Position numbers and translations under genes: made by a program. Of a stretch of DNA of 64,000 nt, positions 39,340 through 52,889 are shown one piece after another; positions within the stretch are counted from its first letter, which is position 1, and each line of letters begins with the position of its first letter. Source of the stretch: Isurus oxyrinchus (lineage: Eukaryota); NCBI GenBank assembly GCA_026770705.1, contig JANJGN010001184.1, forward strand, positions 62,001 through 126,000, in the 5' to 3' direction. The notes under the pieces were generated by a model, which saw only the letters and a program-made list of their open reading frames with translations, had not been told where the DNA came from and did no database searches.

Positions 39340-40680
39340 GAATAGGAACAGGAGGAGGCCATTCAGCCCCCTCGAACCTGTTACACAGGAACAAGAGAGC
39401 ACCTGAAATAAAAACAGAAAATGCTGGAGAAACTGAGTAGGTCTGGCAGCATCTGTGGAGAGATAAACGGAATTAACATTTCGAGTCCGTATGATCCTTC
39501 TTCAGAGTCTATAAGCAAGAACTCGGTTTATCTCTCCACAGCTGCTGCCAGACCTGTTGAGTTAAGGCAGCATTTTCTGTGTTTATTTAAGATTTACAAC
39601 ATCTGCGGTATTTATTTTTAATGAGACGAGGACATTCAGCCCCTCGACCCTGTTACACAGGAACAGGAGGAGGCCCATTCAGTCACACAAGCCTCTTACA
39701 CAAGAACAGGAGGAGGTCCATTCAGCCCCTCAAGCCTGCTACACAGGAACAGGAGGAGGCCCATTCAGCCCCCTCGAGCTTGTTACACAGGAACAGGAGG
39801 AGGCCATTCAGCCCCCTTAAGCCTGTTACACAGGAACAGGAGGAGGCCATTCAGCCCCAAGAGACTGTTATACAGGAAAAGGAGGAGGCCATTCAGCCCC
39901 TTGAGCCTGTTACAGAGGAACAGGAGGAGGCCCATTCAGCCCCTCGAGCCTGTTACACAGGAACAGGAGGAGGCCATTCAGCCCCATGAGCCTGTTATAC
40001 AGGAAAAGGAGGAGGCCCATTCAGTCCCTCGAGCCTGTTACAGAGGAACAGGAGGAGGCCCATTCAGCCCCTCGAGCCTGTTACACAGGAACAGGAGGAG
40101 GCCATTCAGCCCCCTTAAGCCTGTTACACAGGAACAGGAGGAGGCCATTCAGCCCCATGAGACTGTTATACAGGAAAAGGAGGAGGCCATTCAGCCCCTC
40201 GAGCCTGTTACACAAGAACAGGAGGAAGCCCATTCAGCCCCTCGAGCCTGTTACACAGGAACAGGAGGAGGCCCATTCAGACCTTCAAGCCTTTAACACC
40301 AGAACGGAAGGAGGTCATTTCAGCCCCATGAGGTTGATGAACAGGAACAGGAGGAGGTCCATTAAGCCCCTCAAGTCAGTTACATAGGAACAGGAGAAGT
40401 CTCATTCAGCCACATAAGCATCTTATATAAGAACATGAGGGGGCCCAAACAGACCCTCAAGCATGTTACACAAGAAGCGGAGGAGGAGGTTCATTCAGTC
40501 CCTCGACGCTGTTATACAGGAAAAGGAGGAGGCCCATTCAGCCACACAAGCCTCTTACACAATAACAGGAGGAGGTACATTCAGCCCCTCAAGCCTGTTA
40601 CACAGGAACAGGAGGAGGCCCATTCAACCCCCTCGAGCTTGTTGCATGTGAAAAGTCGATGGCCCTTCAGCCACATTCTT
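39340..40680. repeat. About 42-bp satellite (short copy also at 23200-23345)
   Basis: cctgttacacaggaacaggaggaggccattcagcccctcgag. Confidence 0.92.
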
Positions 40681-40748
40681 GGCACGCAAAGGGTTAACAG
40701 TTTTCTAACTGTGCGAGGCAAAGAGATGCTTTCTAACTTGGTACTAAC

Positions 40749-40762
40749 CACTTCCTCATTTT
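40749..40762 (-). promoter_or_regulatory. PU.1/ETS-like site upstream of the 85-nt exon (also 54098-54110)
   Basis: cacttcctcattt = AAATGAGGAAGTG on the minus strand. Confidence 0.4.
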
Positions 40763-40804
40763 GTCTCACAGTGACACATCAACCCTTTCTAATTAAACAC
40801 ACAG

Positions 40805-40889
40805 AGGGAGCAGCACAGGAAGAGGTCATTCAGCCCAAGCAGAGCGTGTGGGCAGTTCCTCCCCAGGCGAGCGGTCGGACAGGTCCTGG
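40805..40889 (+). other. 85-nt block, putative 5'UTR exon of gene C cassette 1
   Basis: Copy of 23480-23564 with the same AG/GT. Confidence 0.5.
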
Positions 40890-41332
40890 GTAAGTAATGG
40901 AATGATTGGAATTCACTTCCACCACCAACACCGTCCTTTGTTGATGTTATGACTTTATAAAGACAGATTCCAATGATTGATGCCTTTGAAAGATTTCTAC
41001 TGATTATTGAGATCAAGGTGTGAGACTCAAGTCTGTTGTACAGAACATCTTTCTAGCTCAAGGGATGAGGGAAGAGCAGGGACATGAGCTTTGGGGTGTC
41101 CTGAGCAGGTGAAAGGCGATATAGAAATGCAAGTCCTTCATTGTGTTACTTTCTTAAAGCCTTGTAACTCTCTGCAGAGCAACTATCATCCCACAGAGAA
41201 TGAAATTAGTCTGTGAAGACATTGTCTAAAAGTGGTTCTGATCTCTCGAGAGGTGTCGGACAAGAGGTGAGGTCTCGTTAACTCATTTCTCTTTCACAGC
41301 TTGAGAACCAATGAAATACCTGGGAGTGGACA

Positions 41333-41372
41333 ATGATCAGGAAATCTTACTTCCTCCTGTCACTTCTCCAAG
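41333..41372 (+). CDS. Signal-peptide exon, gene C cassette 1 (orphan or alternative)
   Basis: MIRKSYFLLSLLQ-G|gtaat; its intron breaks off near 42545 before any V exon. Confidence 0.7.
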
Positions 41373-42156
41373 GTAATATCATTGTCAGCTCGGATAGATT
41401 TATGGCTAATCATCTTTGTAAAACATAATTCTTATTGAGTGTGATTGGGAACAGATTCAGCAGTGAGCCAGTGTACCATCTCACACCAAGTCCCATTCAC
41501 CCATCACCCCTGTGCTCACTGATATACACTGACTCCCTGTCTGACAGCAGAATTGGAGGAGAGCAGAGGACTTTGAGGTTTGCATGGTTGGAGGAGAAAG
41601 TGATTGGAGAAGAGGAATGGAGGGAATGGAAATTGAGGATGAGAGTCTTAAACTCAAGGCTCTGCTGGACTGGGAGCCAGTGCAGGTCAGCGAGTGGCAG
41701 AGGGTGTGAGGTGTTGAGTTGAGAAACAGTGATAAATACTGGGGGATGAAGTCTATCCTGATGCTTGGACTCCGATAGCAAAGGAATGAAATTTGTGTCT
41801 TTTGCTGATTTTAATCAGAATTTCCCATGAAGACAACACAGCAGCTCCTAGAATAGACAGGCTGTTCAGCGTCACACTTCCTGTCCATTCTCACCATGCT
41901 AGATACTTCAATAAGGGAGCAAGATAACTGAAAGAGAGAAGGAAGGTAAAGCTGTCCGTGTGTAAAGGTGTCAATATTCAGTTTGTATATTTGTCTTTCT
42001 CTCGACACATGCAGAGCTCAGGCTAGAGGCGCTTTGTTAGTGTGTTTCACAGTGTCTGCTGGAGTAGGGTCAGTGCTGAGCTTGGGGACAAGTCAGTCTA
42101 CAATGCTGCATCGGAATCAACAATACAACAATATGGGGTTTGGATCAGAAATAATC

Positions 42157-42400
42157 CCTTAGACAATGAGGATCCAAAGAGATTCCATAGACAATGAGGA
42201 TCCAAAGAGATTCCTTAAACAATGAGGATCCAAAAAGATTCCTTAGACAATGAGGATCCAAAGAGATTCCTCAGACAATGTGGATCCAAAGAGATTCCTT
42301 AGACAATGAGGATCCAAAGAGATTCCTTAGACAATGAGGATCCAAAGAGTTTCCTTAGACAATGAGGATCCAAAGAGATTCCTTAGACAATGAACATACA
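42157..42400. repeat. 28-bp tandem repeat, about 9 copies
   Basis: Same unit as at 25250. Confidence 0.92.
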
Positions 42401-43009
42401 AAGTGCACCAATCAGATTGAATCAGATTAACCAATCAGCTGTGTTGAGGAGCAGACAGGAATGTTAGGCTAATAAGTGATTCATGACGGTGATAATGGGG
42501 GAGTTCTGAGGGCTCCTAATCCATTGTCCTGTCTTGTAAATCAGCACCTTAATACTGACCCTCCAACAGTGCAGCACTCCCTCAGTACTGATCCTCCAAC
42601 ATTGCAGCACTCCCTGATTAATGTCCCTCTGATACAGCAGCACTCCCTCAGTACTGACCTTACAATAGTGCAACACTCGCTCAGTAATGACCATCCGACA
42701 GTGCAGCACTCCCTCAGTACTGACACTGGGGAGTTTCAGTCTACTCTGTGGGGCAGACGTCCCCTGAATCGGGTCTTGAACCCCACAACATTCTGACCCC
42801 CTGAATTTGGCTGTGAAACCCACTGACCCACAGGAGAAATTCCTGGTCAATGACTGTCCACCTGTGAGCAGAAATATCACCACAGGGTCAGGACACAAAG
42901 GGTTAACAGTTCACCAACATCTCAAAACATGAGCTGCTCTGTCACTTTGATCCAACTTCCTTATTTTGACTCACAGAGACACATCCACCCTTTCTAATTA
43001 AACACACAG

Positions 43010-43094
43010 AGGGAGCAGCACAGGAACAGGTCATTCAGCCCAAGCAGAGCGTGTGGGCAGTTCCTCCCCAGGTGAGCAGTTGGACAGGTCCTGG
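43010..43094 (+). other. 85-nt block, putative 5'UTR exon of gene C cassette 2
   Basis: Same AG/GT-bounded block. Confidence 0.5.
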
Positions 43095-43545
43095 GTAAGT
43101 AACAGAACAATTGGAATTCACTTCCACCACCAACACCATCCTTTTTTTGATGTTGTGACTTTATAAAGACAGATTCCAATGATTGATGCCTTTGAAAGAT
43201 TTCTACTGATTATTGAGATCAGGGTGTGAGGCTCAGGTCTGTTGTACAGAACATCTTTCTAGCTCAAAGGATGAGGGAAGTGCAGGGACATGAGCTTTGG
43301 GACATCCTGAGGTGGTGAAAGGTGCTATAGAAATGCAAGTCCTTCATTGATTTATTTTTTTAAAGCTTTTTAACTCTCTGCGGAGCACCTATCATCCCAC
43401 AGAGAACCAAATTAGTCTGTGAAGACATTGTCTAAAAGCAGTTCTGATCTCTTGAGAGCTGTCGGACAAGAGGTGAGGTCTCATTAACTCCTTTCTCTTT
43501 CACAGTTTAAGAGTCAGAAGCTAAAGGAATATCTGGGAGTGGACA

Positions 43546-43585
43546 ATGATCGGGAAATCTTACTTCCTCCTGTCACTTCTCCAAG
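43546..43585 (+). CDS. Signal-peptide exon, gene C cassette 2
   Basis: MIGKSYFLLSLLQ-G|gtaat. Confidence 0.8.
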
Positions 43586-44155
43586 GTAATAACATCGTCA
43601 GCTTGGACAGATTTATGGCTAATAGTCTTTGTAAAAGAACATTCTTATGGAGCTCTGATAGGGAACCAAGACCTTTAGAGATTTAAAGAAATAAATTAAA
43701 ATATTTGTCATCAAAATAAAAGATTTTAAGCACATACATAAGACTACAATGACTGCTATAATAACTCCTCAAATTCCTAATTAACCTGACTCCCAGTTAC
43801 ACTCCCTTTAAGGCAACAGACCAAAAATAGATGTTAGATTTAAAACAAACTCAGCAAGTTAACACAATGCCCTGGACAGTGGAATTCCAAATGGATTTTC
43901 CCCAACTTCAGTTCTGTTGGATAGCAGGTTGTGCACAAACAGGGTCCTGAGGACCATCAGCCAATGTAGAATGAACTTGTCCACTCCTGTGTCCAGGATT
44001 CTCTTCCATCCATTGTGATACCTTGTGGAGTTCCTTGTGTGTCCTGTAGATGGTCCAAACTGCAGCCACTGTGCCCCAGTGATGGAGGGGGTGGATATCG
44101 AGTCTAGTGGATCTACAAACCATCCAGAGTTTAATATTGATATTTCTCTCCCCAG

Positions 44156-44533
44156 TTGGACTGTCACAAGAGTGGAAAGGTGACAGTCCCCGAGAGGTGA
44201 CAGCGCAGGAAGGTTCATGTGTACAGATTCCATGTCATTACAGTTACTCATCACATTTGGTAAAGAAAACACATGTCGGAATCTGGTATATGAGGAGGTA
44301 CATACAGAACAAATGGTCTAAATGGTCTATAGCCTTTCACTCCAAGGATCACAGTCACGAGTTACCACGGTTCCACCATCGGACACGGCTGTCTGGAGAC
44401 CTGAAAGATGGCGACTGTTCCCTGATTATAAACAACATCAGACGGGAAGATGAAGGACCTTATTTTTTCAGAATAGAATTTGACAATGGTCCGAGCCATA
44501 ACTATTACCCTGAAACCCAGCTTCAGGTTTCTG
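44156..44533 (+). CDS. Gene C first V-set exon, intact
   Basis: 378 nt, open; CVQIPC, GDCSL, YFFRIE. Confidence 0.9.
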
Positions 44534-44749
44534 GTAAGTGCTGTGTTATAATTACTCAACAATTCACATCCAACATTCAATGGGAAATAATAGTGTTTGA
44601 TTTGCTTGTTTTTTGGCCATGTTAACCAGCGTCACTATTTTTAATGATTTGTCTATTTCTGCTCCCAGATCCATGAGCTTATTGTGTGTGATTGAATCCA
44701 CATCATAGCTGTAACATAAACCGAGCTGAGGGGTGATGACACATCCCCC

Positions 44750-46400
44750 CTGAGTGAAGTGTCTCCTCCCCACTAAACCTTCCACCCCTCACACTGTCCG
44801 TGTAAACCCCCGTCCCATCTCCAGCCTCTCTTTCCCCTCCAAAGTCCTTGAACGTGTTTCCATCTCCCGAATCCGTCCCCATCTTTCCCGGAACTCCATG
44901 TTTGAATCCCTCCAATCAGGTTCCCACCCCAGCCACTGTGCTGAAACAGCTCTTATCAAGGTCACAAATGGCATCCTGTGTGACTGTGACAAAGGTCAAC
45001 TTTCCCTCCTCGTCCTTCTCGATCTGTCTGCAGCCTTTGACACGCTCGACCACACCATCCTCCTCCAACACCTCTCCACTGTCGTCCAGCTGGGTGGGAC
45101 TGCTCTCCCCTGGCTCCATTCTTATCCATCTCATCGTAGCCAGAGAATCACTTGCAATGGCTTTGCAGCATCATCTGAACAGTGTTAGTTTTCACCTGTC
45201 CACTGAGGATCCCCAGCTCTACCTCACCACCACCTCTCTCGACTCCTCCACTGCTGCTAAATTATCAGGCTGCTTATCCGACATCCAGTACTGGATGGGC
45301 AGAAATTCCCTCCAATTAAATATTGGAAAGACTGAAGCCATTGTCTTCATTCCCCGCTCCAAACTCTGTTCCCTCGCTACCAACTCCATTCCTCTCCCTG
45401 GCAGCTCTCTGAGATTGAAGCCAATCTGTTCACAGCTTTGTTGTCCCATTTGATCCTGAGATGAGCTTCCGGCCTCATATCTGCGCCCTCACTAACACCG
45501 TCTATTTCCACCTCCGTAACATCGCACGACGTCACCCTGTCTCAGCTCATCTGCTGCTGAAACCCTCATCCACGCCTTCATTACCTCCAGACTCGACTGT
45601 TCCAACACACGCTCTACACTCCATAAACTTGAGGCCATTCAAAACTGCTGACCACGTCCTTACTCACACCAGGTCCCGTTCCCTTATCACCCGCTCTGCT
45701 CGATGACCGAGACTGGCTCCTGGTCAAGCAAAGTCTCAATGTCCAAATTTACATCTTTGTTTCCTCACTATCCCTGTAATCTCCTCGTCCTCCTCCAGTA
45801 CCTACAACCATCCCATTCTCTGTAACCTCTTGAAGTATCTACCGCTTCCCTATATCTGTAAATTCATCCTGCCCAACAAACCTACCAATCTCTGCAACCT
45901 CCTCCAGCCACTACAAACCTCCCTATTTCTGTAACTTCCTCCTGCCCCTAAAAGCTTCCCTATCTCTGTAGCCTGCTCCAGTCCCGACGACGTTCCCTAC
46001 CTCTGTAACCTGCCCAGTCACTACAACCTTCCTTCTCTCTGTAACCTCCTCCAGCCCCTCCAACCCTCTGAGGTCTCTGTGCTCATCCAATTCCAGCCTC
46101 TTGACCATCCCCCGATCCCATCACTACAACATCGGCGGTCGTGCCTTCAGCTGCCTGGGGCCCGAGCTCTGTAATACCCTCCCTCAACCCCTCTCCGTCC
46201 CTCTCTCTCACTCTCTCTGTCTCTCTCTCTCTCTATCTCTATCTCTCTCTCTCTCACTATCCATTTCATCCCTCTTTGAAGATTCTCCATAACACCGACC
46301 TCTTCTGGTCAGCTGTCGCTAATATCTCCACATGTGTCTGGGTGACATACTTTGTTTTATGATGCTCCTGTGTAGCGCTTTGGGGTGATTTGTCATGTAA
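44750..46400 (+). mobile_element. L2-like LINE RT fragment
   Basis: RPISSLSFPSKVLER..QSG..ETALIKVTN..LLDLSAAFDTLDH..LQLNIGKTE. Confidence 0.88.
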
Positions 46401-46969
46401 AATTTGTTGTGTAAATATAACTTGTTGCCCTTTGACCCTCGACCCCAGCTCGAGTCTTATTTTAGAGGGAATGTACAACCTCCTTAGATTTCTGACCAAA
46501 ATGTCATTTGATTATTTTTATTGAGCGAATGCCAAGCCCCGATACCGAGCGAGAGCCTCCTCATTTGCTGAGTTTAGGGTGATGAGTCAGCCCCTTAGTC
46601 CGTAGAGGGGATTCTCCTCGGTAATGTGCAGCCTTGTTTGTGTCTCTCCACAAGCGCATGAGGGGTTTGTACAGAGGCTGCAGCGCTGGAGGGGGTCTGC
46701 ACAGGGGTCCTGGCCTGTCCTGAGCCGGTTTTAGCAAGGACCACTCTGGCCTTGGCAGCTGAAAGCCAGCCATTGGACAGACGGGGCCTGTCACAAGGAG
46801 CCTGTTAGTCACTCCCCCCCGTGTCTCCTGTGCTCGGATCCAGACCATGTTGGCTGGTGGACCTGGCTCAGGAAGAGTCCTCCCCATGGGACCCCCAGAT
46901 GGAAGGTGGGTCGAGCGGGTCAGTCATTTCCATGTTTATTCTGCAGCTTTAATATTTTAAGAAGGTAAG

Positions 46970-47720
46970 AATGTAGGATCATAAGAAATAGGGACAGGAG
47001 CAGGCCATTCGGCCCCTCGAGCCTGCTCTCACTGATCTGGTTGTGGCCTTAACTCCATTTTCCTGCCTGTCCCCCAAATCCTTGACTCCCTTGTTGATCA
47101 AAAACCTGCCTCACTCAGCCTTGAGTCTATTCAATGGCCCAGCCTCCACTGCTCTCTGGGGAAGAGAATTCCACAGGCTAGCGCCCCTCTGAGAGAGGAA
47201 ATTCCTCCTCATCTCAGTCTTAAATGGGAGAGCCCTCATTCCGAAACTGTGCTCCCTGGTTCTAGATTCCCCCACGAGGGGGAAACATCCTCCCAGCATC
47301 CACCCTGTCAAGCCCCCTCGGAATCGGATATGTTTCAATAAGGCCACCCCTCATTCTTCTAAATTCCAATGGATACAGGCCCAACCTGCTCAACATTTCC
47401 TCACAGGACAAACCCTTTAATCCCAGGAATCAGCCCAGTGAAGCTTCTCTGAACTGCCTGTACACAATGTTCGTGTTGCAATCTCACCAACGCCCTGTGC
47501 AGCTGTTGCAAGACTTCCCTCCTTTTATACTCCATCCGTTTGCAATAAAGGCCAACATTCCACTTGCCTTCCTCATTCCGTGGTGTTCCTGAATGCTGAC
47601 TTTCTGTGATTCATGTACAAGGACACCCAGATCCCTCTGTACTGCATTCTGCAGCCTGTCTCCATTTAAATAATATTCTGCTTTTCTATTCTTCCTGCCA
47701 AAATAATTTGTTGCCATTCT
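46970..47720 (-). mobile_element. CR1 LINE 3' fragment
   Basis: Minus-strand VQRDLGVLVHESQK and FPLVGESRTR..FLSQR..LWNSLPQ. Confidence 0.88.
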
Positions 47721-47822
47721 CCTCAGTATTGACCATCCCCCCAATTCAGCCTCATCAGTAAATATCGGGTTCAGTGGATCCATAAAACATCCAGAGTTAA
47801 ATATTGAGATTTCTCTCCCCAG

Positions 47823-48188
47823 CTGAACCCTCACAAGAGTGGAAAGGTGACACTCCACGAGAGGTGACAGCTCAGGAAGGTTCGTGTGTACAGATTCCAT
47901 GTCATTACAGTTATCCATCGTGTCTGGAAAACCAACCACGAGGTGGAGTCTGGTTTAATAATGAGGAACGGAGAACATTGTCTATAGCCTTTCACTCCAA
48001 GGATCACAGTCACGAGTTACCACGGTTCCACCATTGGACCCGGCTGTCTGGAGACCTGAAAGATGGTGACTGTTCCCTGATTATAAACAACATCTGACGG
48101 GAAGATGCAGGACCTTATTTTTTCAGAATAGAATTTGACAACAGTAATAGTTACAGCTACTATCCTGCAACCCAGCTTCACATTTCTG
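47823..48188 (+). pseudogene. Gene C second V-set exon with in-frame stop
   Basis: 366 nt, AG/GT intact; AGA>TGA at 48095-48097. Confidence 0.9.
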
Positions 48189-48915
48189 GTAAGTGCTGTG
48201 TTATAATTACTCAACAATTCACATTCAACACTCAAGGGGAAATAACGCAAACTGTGACGTTTACATATTAACACAAAACACAGCTTATTATAACACACTG
48301 TCTGATTCTCAATAACCTGGTGATAGCTTCCAGTTCAGTCCTAAAGCAACGTCTAATACTTGTTTAATATCAATGATTAAATGTATTGACTGTGTCCATC
48401 AATGTTATCAGGTTATCCACTCGCGTCGATCTCTCTAATCCTGTCTCGAAGTCTGACATATCGACAAAAGAAAGATTCACATTTCTATGGAGCCTTTCAC
48501 CACCTCAATATGTACCAAGTCACTTCACAGCCAATGAGCTGATTCCTGAATTGTAGTTACTGTTGTAATGTGAGAAACACAGCAGCCAATTTGCGCACAG
48601 CAATCTCCCACAAATTGCAAAGTAATAAATGGCCCAGATCGCTGAGTGAATGATGAGGTAGTGCACTCCAAACTCTGGTCTGCTCCTCCACCCTCACCCA
48701 CTATTATCAGTTCAAGTGTCTCGGAGTGAACGTGTATTAAGCTGAGAGACAGAAACACCAAAGTCTTAAAGCAGGAAATTCTCTCCTGATCGTTGTAACC
48801 TCTCAGTTCTGATATCATTCTTGTAAAAGTGCTTTCTCTTGTGGGACTGTGATTTCTCTTTGAACTGATGCTTCACGTTATATTTCTCTAAAAGGATCCA
48901 TTCTCTGTCTGTTAG

Positions 48916-49211
48916 AATTCACAGATAAACCCACGATATTCCCTGTGAAATTATTGCAGGAAAGCGTGTGGATGTAAGCTGCACCTTCAACACAACGTGC
49001 AATGGAACAGCAGCACCTGTCTTAACCTGGGACACTCCCACTGACGTACCTGGATCAGTCTCAAACACTGTAACTCAGCATGGTGTCACTCTGACCTATA
49101 CTTCTGTTCTGACCCTGATCCCATCACTCAAACACCACGGACACACTCTCAGCTGCAGAGTGAGATATCCATCTGTTTCATCGGAGCGGACCCTCGTACT
49201 AACTGTGCAAG
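48916..49211 (+). pseudogene. Gene C domain-2 C2 exon, frameshifted
   Basis: 296 vs 297 nt; ccctgtgaaa vs ccctgctgaaa. Confidence 0.88.
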
Positions 49212-49564
49212 GTAAGTTGAGATATCCTTCATTCTACATCAGCACTCCCTCAGCGCTGACCCTCTGACAGTGCAGCCCGTTCTCAGTGTCCACATTCTCA
49301 TGCCTCTCAAAGTGCTTCACAGTCGATAGAAGTTAACTGATCTTTATTTGATTGTTGCTGAATGAAGAGACAAGCTGTTTAAACTTTAAATCTTACACAC
49401 ATTATTTTCCATGGCAACACCTCCACCTACACACATTATTTTCCATGGCAACACCTCCACCTATCAGAGACCACTTGCCAACCAATCAGCACTCTCTTCC
49501 CTTTAAATATAAATTGTTGTTCACTCTCTGTTGGTAAACATGCGAACTGTCTTGCTGAGTCCTG

Positions 49565-49721
49565 CCCTGACATCTGAATATCACAATGAACAGAACAAGT
49601 TCCAACAATGAGCTGTGGTTGGTGATTCCTCACGTTAAATCCAGGGACACTGGAGACTATCAGTGTTTGGCAGAGAATGAACATGGAGCAGTGGAGGGAT
49701 TCATAACCATCACTGTGGAAT
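49565..49721 (+). pseudogene. Gene C 5'-truncated C2 exon
   Basis: Only MNRTSSNNELWL...TITVE|gtgagt remains; acceptor and 5' half replaced by an insertion at 49350-49560. Confidence 0.85.
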
Positions 49722-51404
49722 GTGAGTGCACACAGATTTCATCATCTGTCTCAGATTGAAACATGACACAAACACAGACAAATATACAGACCTAAATAGA
49801 CACCTGCAGATACACAATCCCTCGTATATGAGCACACACAAAGACACAAACAAACACACTAGCACAATACTCCCCAGTGGGTTACCTGACCTCCCTCAGT
49901 GCTGCACCGGAGAGTTGACCTGGATTCTGAGATTTCTGTTCCCTTTCATGTTTATGGAAGAATATGGAAATTGCAAAGTCTATTACAGACACTCAGATGC
50001 ATAGAGACACTCACAGATACTCTCTGTCTCTCCAACTCTCTATCCTACTTTAAGAAGCTTCCTGAAACCTAACCCTTTGACCAGTCAATTGTCCCAACTC
50101 CTCCTTACATGAATCTGTGTGAAATTTTGTTTGAGTATCTGAGAGTAAGAGAGAGGTGGAGAGGTTTAGGAAGGGAATTCCTGTTGGTGAAAAGCTTACA
50201 TCATGTTCTCACTTTTCCACTGCCCGTATTTCACCTGATGTCCAATGTCCTTGTTTATAATAGGGATTGCCTATGTAAACGTCACGCTGTAGTTACACTG
50301 TACCACCAGTGGTGCACAGTAGAACTTAACCCTTGCATCTCTCAGCTTTTCAAGCAAATCCACTTCCCAGTTTGCCTCACAAGCTGTGAGTTCATCGGAA
50401 TTAAATTATTTCTCAAACGATAGATTTGATGTCATTTTATTGAAAACTTCCTCAGCGCCTCCCTGAAGGGTTTACACTCTCCGGGAAGCAGGAATAGGCT
50501 GGATGTTGGGGAGTTCATCTTTTCCCAGAGAGCAGTGATCCTCGGGAATGTGCTGTCAGTGGGTGTGGTGGTTGCTGTTGCTCTGTTGCCTTCAAAAGGG
50601 ATCTGGAGTGGTTACTGACTGGGGGAGAGATCATGGAAGCGGAGAATGATACAGCACAGGAGGAGGCCATTCAGCCCATTGTGCCTGTGCCAGGTCTTTC
50701 AATGTTCTATCCCATCAGATCCACTAACCACCACTCCACTTTGCCCCCATCTTCCTCCTTCAAGTGTTTATCCAATTCCCCTTTTGAAAGTTCCTATTGA
50801 ATCTGCTTCCACCGCCCTTTCAGGCAGCACCTTCCAGATCACAACAACTCGCTCTGTCAAAACAAATTCTCCTCATCTCCCCCTCCAGTTCGTCAATCTG
50901 TGTCCCTCTGGTTACTGACCCTCCTGCCCCGTAAATACATCGATACTGTTCACCTCAACCACTCCCTGTGGGAGCGAGTTCCACATTCTCCCCTCTCTCT
51001 GGGTAAAGATTGGAACTGTTTATTAAGCGGGGGGTGTAAGTCCATGGGGGAGTCCATCTCGATCCTGCCCGATTCGCACACGCGTCCGAGATGGATTTCC
51101 ATCCTTCACAAAACGTTTCCAGAATTTTCTACAGCACAATCCTGTACACAGCGATGGAGAGAAACATTGGACAGGGAGTCCAACAGCACAATGATCCATT
51201 CTCACCAATGTTCCACGCTAAGGGGAAAGTTCCGATTGTCCACTCTTAGAGTGTTTACAATGAAAACATTCATTCCACATTGAATCCCAGTGGATGGGTC
51301 AATATTACAGCAAATGTTGCAGTGATATGAAGCTTGATTGTTCAGCCAGAGTGAGAGATTGAAAGCGGAGAGTCAGTGATGATTTCTTTCTGTGTGTTCT
51401 CTAG

Positions 51405-51544
51405 ACAGTGGAGGAGAGATTCTGCACGTGATCCTGATCCTGGGAATACGAGCTGTGATATTCCTTGTGGCTGTGGTTATCACTATCGCTGGAGTCTGTG
51501 TCTGGGAGGAACAAACAGTGAAAGGAAGTCGACAGACTGTTTGA
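51405..51544 (+). CDS. Gene C TM exon with intramembrane Arg and short tail
   Basis: ttctctag|ACAGT, phase 1; SGGEILHVILILGIRAVIFLVAVVITIAGVCVWEEQTVKGSRQTV*. Confidence 0.75.
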
Positions 51545-51564
51545 AGCATTGTACAGCAACAATC

Positions 51565-52150
51565 TCATCATGGAACAGAAGAACGGCATTTGGCCCATCG
51601 ACTCCATGCTGTCTCTCTGTAGAGCAATCCAGTCAGTTCCATTCCCCCACTCTATCCCTGTATCTCTTCAAGTTTATTTCCCCTCAAGTGTCCATCCAAT
51701 TTCCTTTTGAAATCGTTCATCGTCTCCGCTTCCACCATCCTCGTAGGCAGCGAGTTCCAGCTCATTACCACTCGCTGTGTAAAAAGGTTCCTCCTCACAT
51801 CCCCCCTCTGCCCAAAACCTTCAATCTGTGTCCCCCAGTCCTTGTACCATCAGCTAATGGCAACAGCTTCTCTTTGTCTACCGTTATCTAAACCCATCAT
51901 CATCTTGTACACCTCGATCAGATCCCCCCTCAATCTCCTTTGCTCCAAGGAGAACAACCCCAGCTTCGCCAACCCAACCTTGTAGCTAAAATCCCTCATC
52001 CCTGGACCCATTCTGCTCAATCTCCTCCCCACCTTCTCAAGGACGCTCACTTCCTTCCCAAAGTGAGGAGACCAGAACTGGACACAATACTCTAGTTGTC
52101 ACCTAACCAGAGCTTTATAAATGTTCAACATAACCTCCCTGCGTTTGTTC
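51565..52150 (-). mobile_element. CR1 LINE 3' fragment
   Basis: Minus-strand LGLFSLEQRRLRGDLIEVYKMM. Confidence 0.85.
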
Positions 52151-52889
52151 TCAATCCCTCGATTTATGAAAAGCTTATTCTTTCCATCAGCACAAACAGC
52201 AATTTCCAAGCGGACTCCCATCAGCAGACAGAGTGCAATGAAACATCGGCATGCCTGCTTCTTAATGTACGGAGAGAAACCTGGAACGAGAGATTGTCCT
52301 TCTTCTCCTCAGCAAGCTGAAACTTTTCCTTATACCTGGTGCTCCCCAGTCCTGCTGTGTGGACACATCATAACCACGGCATTGTCTGGCTGTGTGCAGC
52401 CAACATGGTCGAATAGGAATGAACAGAACTGTGACGTTGCTAAACTCTGTTCTCTGATTGGAATGTGCTTTCTGAATACTGCACCTTTTTCATGCTGCGA
52501 TAGATTGTAGGAGGCATTTGGGTTATGAATAAAATTACATTGATTAACTCAAGTGATTAAAATGCTCAGCCTGTTCTGTAGATATTTATAGATTAAAATT
52601 CTTATTTTGCAGCCAAATTCTTGGCTGAAAGACATTACTTCCTGTTGTCACATTTTCTCCATCATATGAATTCCATTGCCCATCTTTATAATAGAAATTT
52701 CCAATGTAAACATGTCACATTGTAGTTGCACACTCCTGCCAGTGGTGGTGCCATTCCAAAGCTGTCTTGCTGCACTGACACAGGGAGAATTATTCTTGAC
52801 TTGTACATGATGTTGTTGTTACACAGACATCAGGCGGAATCTTGGGCAGTGCCTAGAATGCACTTAGGACATTGCGGACCACAATCAGA

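Noticed and set aside
52121-52510. 129-aa ORF as a cytoplasmic exon of gene C
   Set aside because: A plausible acceptor exists near 52189, but the upstream donor is non-canonical and the ORF runs into sequence homologous to gene A's 3'UTR
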